Below, one piece after another: positions 47,057 to 55,665 of a stretch of 64,000 nucleotides of DNA. The number at the start of each line of letters is the position of its first letter. The first letter of the stretch is position 1. The position numbers and the translations under genes were made by a program. Under the pieces are notes generated by a model that saw nothing but the letters and a program-made list of their open reading frames with translations, was not told the origin of the DNA and ran no database searches. This DNA comes from Planctomycetota bacterium. Lineage in GTDB: Bacteria; Planctomycetota; MHYJ01; JACQXL01. The stretch covers positions 7,520-71,519 of the forward strand of contig JACRIK010000002.1 of assembly GCA_016235865.1 (NCBI GenBank), given 5' to 3'.

Positions 47057-49009
47057 TTATTCTATTTTGTATTTGCCGCCGGAATTGAAGTAATTCACGC
47101 CGTTATAACCGCCCCAGACAATCATTTCTGTGCCGGTCCAGGTGCCGCTGTGATAAAGCCGAGCGGCTGGGGCATTGTTGGCGGTTATCGGTCCCCAGAT
47201 AGCATAGACCGGGTCATAGGCTCCGCCTGATTGCAGGACGCCGTCGCCGCCCCAAATGAACATCTTGTTGCCGGTCCAGATGCCGCTGTGATACATCCTG
47301 GCCGATGGGGCATTGGTGGTGGAAAGAGTGGCCCAGGTATTTGCCGCCGGGTTATAGATTGCGCCGTCGCCTAATGGCGCGGTTCCGTTATAGCCGCCCC
47401 AAATAATGATTTTCTTGTTATAGGTCTCGGAGCCTTCCCCGGTCCAGACCGAAGAGAATCCCCATCTTTGTGACGGCGCATTGGTGGTGGCCATCGGGGT
47501 CCAGATGTCATAGGCAATGTCATAGATGCCGCCGGAAGTGCCGCCGCCGTCGCCGCCCCAGACAATCATTTTCATTCTCCAGCTGTCCGTACCCGAGACC
47601 GGGCCGGTCCAGAATGCCATGTGTTTGGAACGGATAGATGGAGTATTAGCATGAGTCCCGTTCCTGAGGTTGGTCAGTTCGCTGCTGGTGCGCCATTCGT
47701 CCAGCACCGGGTCATAGACGCCGCCGGTATTGAACGCGGAACCGGCCTTGCCGCCCCAGATAATCATGACGTCACCGGTCCAGACCGCGCTGTGGAATGC
47801 CCTGGAATTTGGCGCATTGGTGGTGGCCACCGCGGACCATGAGCCGCCGCCCCCGCCTGATGGGTCATAGATGCCGCCGTCGTTATAGTAGGTGGTGCTG
47901 GCGCCGGAGGCCTCGATATTGTCTATGAGAATAGTCACCGCGCCGGGGTCTGAGACCGCTTTTAAACCGATGGATTTTACGTCGGTGAGCAGTGCCGGGT
48001 TGGTGAAATTGAGCGTAACCAGCGTCCAGGCTCCGGCATTCAGGGTGGTATTTATGGTCAGGTCTTCAACCGTGGTGGAGACGGTGGGCGTAACGGCTAT
48101 TAAGAAAGATAACACGCCCGGCTGGATATTTTGCGAGGCCCTTATCCAGAAAGATGTTTGAGTGCGGGCCGAGATATTCAGCGGCGAAGGCAGGTCGCGA
48201 TAAGCCAGTACCCCAGTGGTGAAGGCTGTGTCAACGGCGATGCTGATAGAACTGGTTCCTTCTTTGGTGATGGATGAGTTAAGAGTCGCGGTGATGTCCG
48301 GTGTCGTGCCGGTCCAGTTGCTGTCGCAATTGTCTATGGTTTGGGTGACGGATGATATAGTATAACCGCCCCAGATAATCATTTTGGAACCTGTCCAGAT
48401 AGCGCTGTGGCCGGTCCGGCTGGATGGCGCCCCGGTCAGCGTGATATTAGACCAGGTATTGGCCGTCGGGCTATAGACTGCGCCGGTATTCAGGGTCTTT
48501 TGGCCGTCATAGCCGCCCCAGAAAAGTATCCCGTATGGCGGGGCCCAAAGCGCCGTATGATTGGTTCTTGAAGCAGGCGCGGTAGCATCGGCTAGTGTGG
48601 TATCCCAAGAAGTCAGGGTTCCGGCCACGTTGGAATAGTCGCTGGTGGTGACATAACTGTATGCCCTGACCCGGTAGTAATAAGTATTGTTGGCGGTTGG
48701 GGTTATGGCACCCTGGGTGGTATGCGTAAAAGCCGTGGTATCTGCCGTGAGGGTTGCTACCAAACTATAGGTAAGGGTCGGCGTGGCGCATTCCACATAG
48801 AAGCCGATTTCATTGTCCGTATTATCAGTCCAGGACATGGTGATAGAGGTGGCGGAAGTGGCCGTAACCACCAGATTGCCGGGCGCGTATAAATATAATT
48901 CGCCGCTGGAGCCGCTGTCCGAGTTGTTGTTGTTCAGGCAGCTGCTGATGCCGAGAAAGATGAAAAATGAGAGCATGAAGATAAGGGAGAAGATAATAAT
49001 CTTTTTCAT
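47057..49009 (-). CDS. lipoprotein with FN3 domain, Kelch repeats and an inserted beta-sandwich module
   Basis: lipobox GISSC; FN3 (SITMSWTDNTDNE.GF...YYYRVRAY); repeats R..H.A.WTG..MI.WGG...YDP..W. Confidence 0.85.
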   Translation of the reverse strand: MKKIIIFSLIFMLSFFIFLGISSCLNNNNSDSGSSGELYLYAPGNLVVTATSATSITMSWTDNTDNEIGFYVECATPTLTYSLVATLTADTTAFTHTTQGAITPTANNTYYYRVRAYSYVTTSDYSNVAGTLTSWDTTLADATAPASRTNHTALWAPPYGILFWGGYDGQKTLNTGAVYSPTANTWSNITLTGAPSSRTGHSAIWTGSKMIIWGGYTISSVTQTIDNCDSNWTGTTPDITATLNSSITKEGTSSISIAVDTAFTTGVLAYRDLPSPLNISARTQTSFWIRASQNIQPGVLSFLIAVTPTVSTTVEDLTINTTLNAGAWTLVTLNFTNPALLTDVKSIGLKAVSDPGAVTILIDNIEASGASTTYYNDGGIYDPSGGGGGSWSAVATTNAPNSRAFHSAVWTGDVMIIWGGKAGSAFNTGGVYDPVLDEWRTSSELTNLRNGTHANTPSIRSKHMAFWTGPVSGTDSWRMKMIVWGGDGGGTSGGIYDIAYDIWTPMATTNAPSQRWGFSSVWTGEGSETYNKKIIIWGGYNGTAPLGDGAIYNPAANTWATLSTTNAPSARMYHSGIWTGNKMFIWGGDGVLQSGGAYDPVYAIWGPITANNAPAARLYHSGTWTGTEMIVWGGYNGVNYFNSGGKYKIE

Positions 49010-49182
49010 AAATACAAATCCTTTTGGCGCCGAAGCGCCATGGCGCTACTTATAGCGCCACTTACTATCTATTATACCCCGCCGATGCGGAATTACCCGA
49101 ATATTTTGATATTTTATTATTGAAATGTCAAGAATAAAATATAAATTTGGTAGAAATAGGACTGTAAGAAGTTCCTTAATGT

Positions 49183-49252
49183 GTTATTCCCGTGAAAACG
49201 GGAATCCAGACAAATTAGGATAATCCTGGATTCCTGCTTCCGCAGGAATGAC
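49183..49252. repeat. pair of inverted ATTCCY-N8-RGGAAT (dRS3-like) REP units
   Basis: gttattcccgtgaaaacgggaatccag (49183-49209) and ctggattcctgcttccgcaggaatgac (49226-49252). Confidence 0.85.
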
Positions 49253-49273
49253 AAAGGGGCGCTAAATATAGAA

Positions 49274-50518
49274 ATGAAAAAACAGGTTGATCTGATTATT
49301 GCCAATGCCCGGGAATTAGTGACTGTTTCCCGGTCCGCAGAACTCGGGATTATCCATAACGGAGCGGTAGCGGTAAAGAAGGGCCGGATAGCCGCCGTCG
49401 GCGCCAGCGATGATATCCTCAAATCATATTCATCCCGCAAGGTGATTGATGCTGAGGATAAGACCGTAACGCCCGGGTTGATTGATTGCCATACCCATCC
49501 GGTTTTTATGGGCGACCGGGCGGATGAGTTTGAACTGAAACTGAAGGGCGCCACCTACCAGCAAATCGGGGCCGCCGGCGGCGGCATCAAATCCACGGTC
49601 CGCAAGGTGCGCAATGCCACTAAGTCCGAATTGAAAGCCAACGCATTAAAATATCTGAACCGTTTTATCAGATGCGGCACCACCACCATGGAAGCCAAGA
49701 GCGGTTACGGACTGACCACCGAGGATGAAGTGAAAATGCTGGAGGCGATTAAGGAGTTGAATGGTGGCGCCATTGGCGCCATAAACTCCGAGCGTCCGGA
49801 GCTGGTGCCGACCTTCCTGGGCGCGCACGAAATACCTGACGAATACCGGAATAACAAGGCCGGTTATGTTGACCTGATTATCCAGGAGATGATTCCGCTG
49901 GTGGCCAGGCGCAAGTTAGCCGAGTTCTGCGATGTGTTCTGCGAAAAGAACGTATTTGAGATAGAGGACAGCCGGCGGATACTCAAGGCCGCCCAGGCGC
50001 ATGGCTTGGGCATCAAGCTTCATGCTGATGAGTTCGCACCATTGGGCGGTGCGGAACTGGCCGCGGAATTGAATGCGGTCTCGGCCGACCACCTGATGGT
50101 CATTTCCGATGAGGGCATGCGCCGGATGAAGGAAAAGGGCGTGATTGCGGTCCTGTTGCCCGGCACGACCTTTATGCTGGGTTTGAAGAGCTATGCCCCG
50201 GCCCGGAAGATGATGGACGCCGGACTGACCGTGGCCCTGGCTACGGATTTTAATCCGGGCACGTCATTCACCGAATCGCTGCCGATGATAATGAGTATTG
50301 CCTGCGTCAAGATGAAGATGACCCCGGCCGAGGCGCTGACCGCCGCGACCATCAATGCGGCCCGCGCCATCAGGAAGGAAAAGCTCATCGGTTCGCTGGA
50401 ACCCGGCAAACAGGCCGATATGGTCATCTGGGATTGCCTTTCATATAAACATATTCCTTATCACTTCGGGGTCAATCTGGTTGATAAGGTGATTAAGGCG
50501 GGTAAGGTAATTGAATGA
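49274..50518 (+). CDS. hutI: imidazolonepropionase
   Basis: PGLIDCHTH, YQQIGAAGGGI, EAKSGYGL, TFLGAH, KLHADEF, SADHL, LATDFNPG. Confidence 0.97.
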   Translation: MKKQVDLIIANARELVTVSRSAELGIIHNGAVAVKKGRIAAVGASDDILKSYSSRKVIDAEDKTVTPGLIDCHTHPVFMGDRADEFELKLKGATYQQIGAAGGGIKSTVRKVRNATKSELKANALKYLNRFIRCGTTTMEAKSGYGLTTEDEVKMLEAIKELNGGAIGAINSERPELVPTFLGAHEIPDEYRNNKAGYVDLIIQEMIPLVARRKLAEFCDVFCEKNVFEIEDSRRILKAAQAHGLGIKLHADEFAPLGGAELAAELNAVSADHLMVISDEGMRRMKEKGVIAVLLPGTTFMLGLKSYAPARKMMDAGLTVALATDFNPGTSFTESLPMIMSIACVKMKMTPAEALTAATINAARAIRKEKLIGSLEPGKQADMVIWDCLSYKHIPYHFGVNLVDKVIKAGKVIE

Positions 50519-51747
50519 TTAAGCATCTTTTGTGGCTCATCTTCGCCTTTGTCCTTATTGCCCAGCAGGCCGTGTTAAAGGCATTGGGCATCCATCTCGG
50601 GCCGGGCTGGGAGGCATTGATTCCGGGCCTGTCTATCTTTGGAGCCGCTTTTGTCTTATCTTGGGCGGCTGAATTGGCCCAGATGGAAATTCCCCAGGCA
50701 TTGGCCCTGGCATTTCTGGCCCTGATTGCGGTGGTGCCTGAATATGCGGTCGACATCTATTTTGCCTGGACGGCCGGCTCGGACCCGAAATATATCCACT
50801 ATGCCACGGCCAATATGACCGGTGCCAACCGCCTGCTCATCGGACTGGGTTGGCCGGTGGTGCTGTTCGCTTATTATTTTGCCACCCGTAAAAAGGAAAT
50901 ACAGCTCGAGCCGGGCCATCGGATCGAACTATTTGCGCTCCTGGCTGCCACGTTTTATTCCTTCTTTATCCCCATCAAGGGAAGCATTACTATGATTGAC
51001 TCGGTGGTGCTGCTGGCCATCTTTGTGTTTTATATCGTAGCGGCCGGCCGGGCGCATCACCAGGAACCGGAACTGGAAGGTCCGGTGGAATTATTCAGCA
51101 AGGGCTCAAGGTTTTTCCGCTGCGCGATTACCATCCTGTTCTTTATTATCTCCGGCTATGCGATTTATATCTCAGCCGAGCCGTTTGCCGAGGGGCTGTT
51201 GGCCAGCGGCCAGGCTTGGGGCGTTAATGAATTCGTGCTGGTCCAGTGGCTGGCGCCGCTGGCGTCCGAATCACCGGAATTCATCGTGGCCATCATCTTC
51301 GCCACCCGGGCCATGGCCGGCGCATCATTAGGCACGCTGATTTCCTCAAAGGTCAATCAGTGGACGCTGCTGATTGCCTCGCTGCCGATTGCCTTTACCT
51401 TAGGCGGCGGAACCATATGGGGGATGCAATTAGACCCGCTCCAGATGGAGGAGATATTCCTGACGGCCGCCCAGTCGCTCTTTGCCATCTTTGTCCTGTC
51501 CAATTTCCGGTTTTCCATGCTGGAGGCGGTGGTGTTGTTGGTGCTCTTCTCAACGCAATTGATGATACCGCTGGTTATGCCGGCCTTGTTGCCAAATATG
51601 CCGACCGAACAACTGCAGGCATTGGAAATCAAAGCCCGATTGGGTTACGGCGGATTTTATATCGCGCTTTCTATATTGATGATAGCATTGTCTTACAACC
51701 GGCGTAATGCCATCTTGTGCCTTATCAGGCCGGAGAAAAATAAATAA
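50515..51747 (+). CDS. sodium:calcium antiporter (CaCA family)
   Basis: alpha-1 AVVPEY...ANMTGAN and alpha-2 ASESPEF...SSKVNQ repeats; about 11 TM. Confidence 0.88.
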   Translation: MIKHLLWLIFAFVLIAQQAVLKALGIHLGPGWEALIPGLSIFGAAFVLSWAAELAQMEIPQALALAFLALIAVVPEYAVDIYFAWTAGSDPKYIHYATANMTGANRLLIGLGWPVVLFAYYFATRKKEIQLEPGHRIELFALLAATFYSFFIPIKGSITMIDSVVLLAIFVFYIVAAGRAHHQEPELEGPVELFSKGSRFFRCAITILFFIISGYAIYISAEPFAEGLLASGQAWGVNEFVLVQWLAPLASESPEFIVAIIFATRAMAGASLGTLISSKVNQWTLLIASLPIAFTLGGGTIWGMQLDPLQMEEIFLTAAQSLFAIFVLSNFRFSMLEAVVLLVLFSTQLMIPLVMPALLPNMPTEQLQALEIKARLGYGGFYIALSILMIALSYNRRNAILCLIRPEKNK

Positions 51748-51766
51748 ACTTGGAAGGAGATATGAT

Positions 51767-51916
51767 ATGTTGGGATTAGCCGCGATGTTGATTCTGGCCT
51801 ACGGGCCTCTGCAATGGAGTTTTCCCTGGTGGGTCTGGGTCTTGTGCGTCGTTTTCGGGAGTATTGAAGGCGGTCACCGGACCAAGAATCTGATAATCAA
51901 GAAAACGGATAAATAA
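51767..51916 (+). CDS. 49-aa small membrane protein
   Basis: SD aaggaga 6 nt before ATG; MLGLAAMLILAYGPLQWSFPWWVWVLCVVFGSIEGGHRTKNLIIKKTDK*. Confidence 0.6.
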   Translation: MLGLAAMLILAYGPLQWSFPWWVWVLCVVFGSIEGGHRTKNLIIKKTDK

Positions 51917-52042
51917 CAGATATCAGGCGGGCCCGGATTGCGATGCCGGTTTAACGGGATAAATCACCATTAGGTTTAGTCCATATTTTTATTTACCGCT
52001 TAACTTTTCCTGCCAAAAATCCGAATGTATAACTACTTCGAT

Positions 52043-53080
52043 ATGAGAAGAGCTTTGTTTGTTCTGAGTTTGGTTGTGGGCCTGACAGTAATTACCGGGC
52101 CGGTTACGGCTGATAGTAAAATCACCTACATCACCCTGTCCCAGCTGGCTCAGAAGTATAATCTTAAGCACGAGAAGGATAACCTGACCGGCCGCGAGAT
52201 GTTTTCAGGCAACGGTTATAATATCATTGCCTCTAGTGGCATGTCCGGCATCATGGTTAATAATAAGTTTACCGTTCTTGAGCAGAAGTTGAAGTCCATT
52301 AACGGCCAACTGGCCATTTCCAAGAGTGATTTTTCCAAGGTGGAGAATATTCTCATAGAACCGCACCGCAAGGAAATCAGCGTAAAGCCCAAAGGGGTTA
52401 TCAGGAAGGTGGTGATTGACCCGGGTCATGGCGGTGATTTTCGGGGTTGTAAGGGGCGCAACGGCTTGTGCGAGAAAGAGGTTAACCTGGATGTATCTAA
52501 GCGGCTGCGTGAACTGCTGGAGGAAAAGGATATCAGGGTGGTCATGACCCGGACCACGGACCGGTCGCTGTCGGCTAATCTGAACGAAGACCTGCGCAGC
52601 CGGGTCGAAGTGGGCAATCGGGAACAACCGGACCTTTTTATTTCCATCCACTGCAACTGGTCAAATGACCCGTCAGTCAAGGGGTTTGAGGTCTATTATT
52701 CACCCGAGAATAATGTTTTGCCTTCTTTGAGCAGCCGGTCGATTGGCGATGACAAGCCGGATGACCGTCAGACCCAGAAGGCGTTGTCTTATATCCTCAA
52801 GGATGAATACAGCCGGCGGACCATAGAAATCGCTAAGGCCATCCAGAAACAGTTTAATAAACTGCCTACCGAAGACCGGGGCGTGCGCAAAGCCAATTTC
52901 AAGGTGGTTAAATACAGCGAGTATCCGTCTATCCTGATGGAGATGGGTTTTCTTTCCAATAAGACCGAGGCGGCTAATTTCACCCGCGATTCCTACCGCC
53001 AGGAGTTGGCCGAGCGGATAAGGGATGCCATTGTTTCCTACAGCGGCTCCGGTAATCAGACCTCCAGCCAATGGGAATAG
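52043..53080 (+). CDS. N-acetylmuramoyl-L-alanine amidase (Amidase_3), start probably ATG 52043
   Basis: signal peptide; VVIDPGHGG, EKEVNL, FISIHCN, SILMEMGFLSN. Confidence 0.93.
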   Translation: MRRALFVLSLVVGLTVITGPVTADSKITYITLSQLAQKYNLKHEKDNLTGREMFSGNGYNIIASSGMSGIMVNNKFTVLEQKLKSINGQLAISKSDFSKVENILIEPHRKEISVKPKGVIRKVVIDPGHGGDFRGCKGRNGLCEKEVNLDVSKRLRELLEEKDIRVVMTRTTDRSLSANLNEDLRSRVEVGNREQPDLFISIHCNWSNDPSVKGFEVYYSPENNVLPSLSSRSIGDDKPDDRQTQKALSYILKDEYSRRTIEIAKAIQKQFNKLPTEDRGVRKANFKVVKYSEYPSILMEMGFLSNKTEAANFTRDSYRQELAERIRDAIVSYSGSGNQTSSQWE

Positions 53081-53084
53081 GTTC

Positions 53085-53191
53085 ACCCCGCACCTAAATG
53101 GTATGAATAGTTAGTAATATGCAGACGTAACAAAACCATTTAGATGCGGGGTCTAAGAGCCAGTACGTCGCTTCGCTTCTACTGGCTCTAA
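53085..53191. repeat. composite palindromic element (ccccgcacctaaatggt...accatttagatgcgggg plus TAA-GAGCCAGT...ACTGGCTC-TAA)
   Basis: unit ends at 53154-53164 and 53181-53191. Confidence 0.75.
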
Positions 53192-53286
53192 GAAAATATT
53201 AGATTTTTCTTGTTTTATCTGCCAGGTTGGTTATATTAAATTTAACCAAATAATCCGATAAAGGCCTCGGGCCGAAGGAGAGTAAT

Positions 53287-54369
53287 ATGAAAAAGATATT
53301 GATAGTAACGGTCGTAATTTTTGGTTTTGGATTGTTTGCTGCGGCAAGATGGACTTTGGCACAGCACAGCGATGGGGGCAGTGGGCATGGCAACTCGAAT
53401 TCAGGCGGTACAAGCCACGATGATGACGCATACCAAAAGGCAATGGACGAGGCGCGTAAACAAGCCGATGCAAATAGTACCAAAGCGGCGGAAGACGCGG
53501 TCAATAAAGCTTTAATGTATAGACCCAATGATCCGTCGGCCCTGGCATTAAAGGCGCGTATTACGAAAAAGATTAAAGGCATGACTTATACCGGCACTAA
53601 TGAACAGGGATTGCAGGAATATAAGCATAACAAGACCGGGATGATTTTTGTCCTAATACCGGGCGGCACGCTGGTAATTGAAGAGGCGGATAATGGCTCG
53701 GTAAACGATGGTAGCGGTGCAGGCAGTGGTTCAGGTGGTGGCTCAGGCAGTGGTGATAATTCAGGAAATAATAGCAACAAAAACCGACGCGAGTTGAAGG
53801 TAGATGATTTCCTGATGTCAAAATACGAAACACCCCAAGGTGTTTGGATTAACTTTATGAACGATAATCCATCATTTTTCAGAAAAGGCAAGGATTATCC
53901 TGTGGAACAGGTTACGCATGAGAACTGCCAGTCATTCTGCAAGAAGACGGATTTAAGGCTGCCTAGTTGGGTGGAATGGGAATACTCAGCCAGAGCCGGC
54001 AGTGTCACCCCTTACTTCTGGGGTAAGGAGCCGAACGAGGAGTATTTTTGGTATAACAAGAATTCCGTGGCTTCCACCCATCCAATTACTACCAGGAAAG
54101 GTAACGGTTTCGGGCTTTATAATATGCTGGGTAATGTGATGGAGTGGACCAATGACCTGTTTAAGGACCGGGTGAGAGGCAAGGCCGAGGACACTGAACC
54201 GGGGCAGGGAGAAGTGGAAGGCAACAAGGAAAAATACGGAATGCTTCGGGGCGGGGCCTGGGACCAGCCGGCCGAGTTATGCCAGTCAGCCAGTTATATC
54301 CAGGTGTTACCTACGGCTAAGGATAAGAACGCCGGATTCCGTTGCGCCAAGGATATTAATAAGCCGTAA
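53287..54369 (+). CDS. secreted FGE-sulfatase (SUMF1/PvdO-like C-type-lectin fold) domain protein with Gly/Ser linkers
   Basis: LIPGG, MSKYET, PVEQV, RLPSWVEWEYSARAG, NGFGLYNMLGNVMEW, RGGAW, GFRC. Confidence 0.9.
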   Translation: MKKILIVTVVIFGFGLFAAARWTLAQHSDGGSGHGNSNSGGTSHDDDAYQKAMDEARKQADANSTKAAEDAVNKALMYRPNDPSALALKARITKKIKGMTYTGTNEQGLQEYKHNKTGMIFVLIPGGTLVIEEADNGSVNDGSGAGSGSGGGSGSGDNSGNNSNKNRRELKVDDFLMSKYETPQGVWINFMNDNPSFFRKGKDYPVEQVTHENCQSFCKKTDLRLPSWVEWEYSARAGSVTPYFWGKEPNEEYFWYNKNSVASTHPITTRKGNGFGLYNMLGNVMEWTNDLFKDRVRGKAEDTEPGQGEVEGNKEKYGMLRGGAWDQPAELCQSASYIQVLPTAKDKNAGFRCAKDINKP

Positions 54370-54398
54370 TTAGTATAAATAAGATACATTAACCAAAA

Positions 54399-54438
54399 CC
54401 TCGTTCCTTGAGTAACATCAGGGGGCGGGGTTTTTTAT
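54399..54438 (+). terminator. rho-independent terminator
   Basis: aaacctcgttccttga / tcagggggcggggtttttt. Confidence 0.6.
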
Positions 54439-54467
54439 TTGACCCGGTTAATAATCATTAGTATAAA
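54439..54467 (+). promoter_or_regulatory. sigma70 promoter, probably leaderless moeA-lnt mRNA
   Basis: TTGACC-N17-TATAAA, ATG 7 nt downstream, no SD. Confidence 0.65.
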
Positions 54468-54474
54468 CTAATCT

Positions 54475-55665
54475 ATGATTACAGTAGAACAGGCATTAGG
54501 CATTATCAGGCAGAATATCCCGCCGGCGCAATTTGAGAAAATGGCTTTGATGGAGTCCTTGGGCCGGGTGCTGGTCGAGGATGTGTTCTCTGATGTGGAT
54601 ATGCCGCCATTTGACAAGTCGGCCATGGATGGCTATGCGGTCCGGAGCGAGGATATCCAATCACCGCCGGTAGAGCTGGAGGTGCTGGAGATAGTGCCGG
54701 CTGGTTCGATGCCGACCAGAGAGGTCAAGCCGGGCAAGGCCATCAAGATAATGACCGGCGCGCCGGTGCCGCGCGGGGCTGATGCGGTGATTATGGTGGA
54801 AAAAACCAAGTATGAGCCGTCTACCAGGACGGTCCGGTGCCTGAGCACCATTAAGAAGAACGCCAATATCTGCTTTAAGGCAGAAGACATTAACGCCGGG
54901 GCCAAGGTTATTTCGCGCGATACCAAAATCACGCCGCAGGTTATCGGGCTCCTGGCGGCCGTGGGCAAGGATAAGGCGCAGGTTTATAAATATCCGTCTG
55001 TCGCTATTGCCACGACCGGAGATGAGCTGGTGGAGATTAACCAGAAACCAAATGGCGCGCAAATCAGGAACAGTAATACCTATTCGCTGTTATCCCAATT
55101 GGTCAATATCGGGATGCCGGTTACTTCATTGGGAATTGTCAGGGATAATATTGAAATAATGATGGAGAAGGTTTCCGCCGGGTTGAAGTCGGATATGCTG
55201 ATTCTGACCGGCGGGGTTTCTATGGGCGATTATGATATCGTGGAGGATGTTTTGAAGAAACTGGGGGTAAGGATTCTCTTTGACCAGGTGGCCATCAAGC
55301 CGGGCAAGCCGACTGTTTTCGGGATTGGGCCGAAGGGGCAACTGGTATTCGGGCTGCCCGGAAATCCGGTCTCGGCATTCGTGATTACAGAGATTTTCAT
55401 CAAGGAAGCGTTGTCCTTATTATGCAATGATGCCGGCATAAAGAATCGGATAATAGAGGCGGAGTTAGCCGCGCCGATAGCCAGCACGTCCAACCGGCAG
55501 CAATACCTGGGCGCCAGGATTTTGCAAGATGGTTTGGTAGAGCCGATAGATGGGCATGGTTCTGCGGATATCTTGTTTTTAAGCCGGGCTGATGCGCTTA
55601 TTATTGTGCCGCCGGATGCGCCTCAGTTAGCCGTTGATAGCCATGTAAGGGTAATGGTGTTTTAG
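54475..55665 (+). CDS. moeA: molybdopterin molybdotransferase
   Basis: PPFDKSAMDGYA, IMTGAPVP, TGDEL, IRNSN, TGGVSMGDYD, IKPGKP, GLPGNPVS. Confidence 0.97.
   Translation: MITVEQALGIIRQNIPPAQFEKMALMESLGRVLVEDVFSDVDMPPFDKSAMDGYAVRSEDIQSPPVELEVLEIVPAGSMPTREVKPGKAIKIMTGAPVPRGADAVIMVEKTKYEPSTRTVRCLSTIKKNANICFKAEDINAGAKVISRDTKITPQVIGLLAAVGKDKAQVYKYPSVAIATTGDELVEINQKPNGAQIRNSNTYSLLSQLVNIGMPVTSLGIVRDNIEIMMEKVSAGLKSDMLILTGGVSMGDYDIVEDVLKKLGVRILFDQVAIKPGKPTVFGIGPKGQLVFGLPGNPVSAFVITEIFIKEALSLLCNDAGIKNRIIEAELAAPIASTSNRQQYLGARILQDGLVEPIDGHGSADILFLSRADALIIVPPDAPQLAVDSHVRVMVF

Noticed and set aside
53287-54369. FGE-sulfatase (CLec-fold) gene as a DGR target
   Set aside because: No second copy of its 3' end and no RT in the window; a remote template cannot be excluded.
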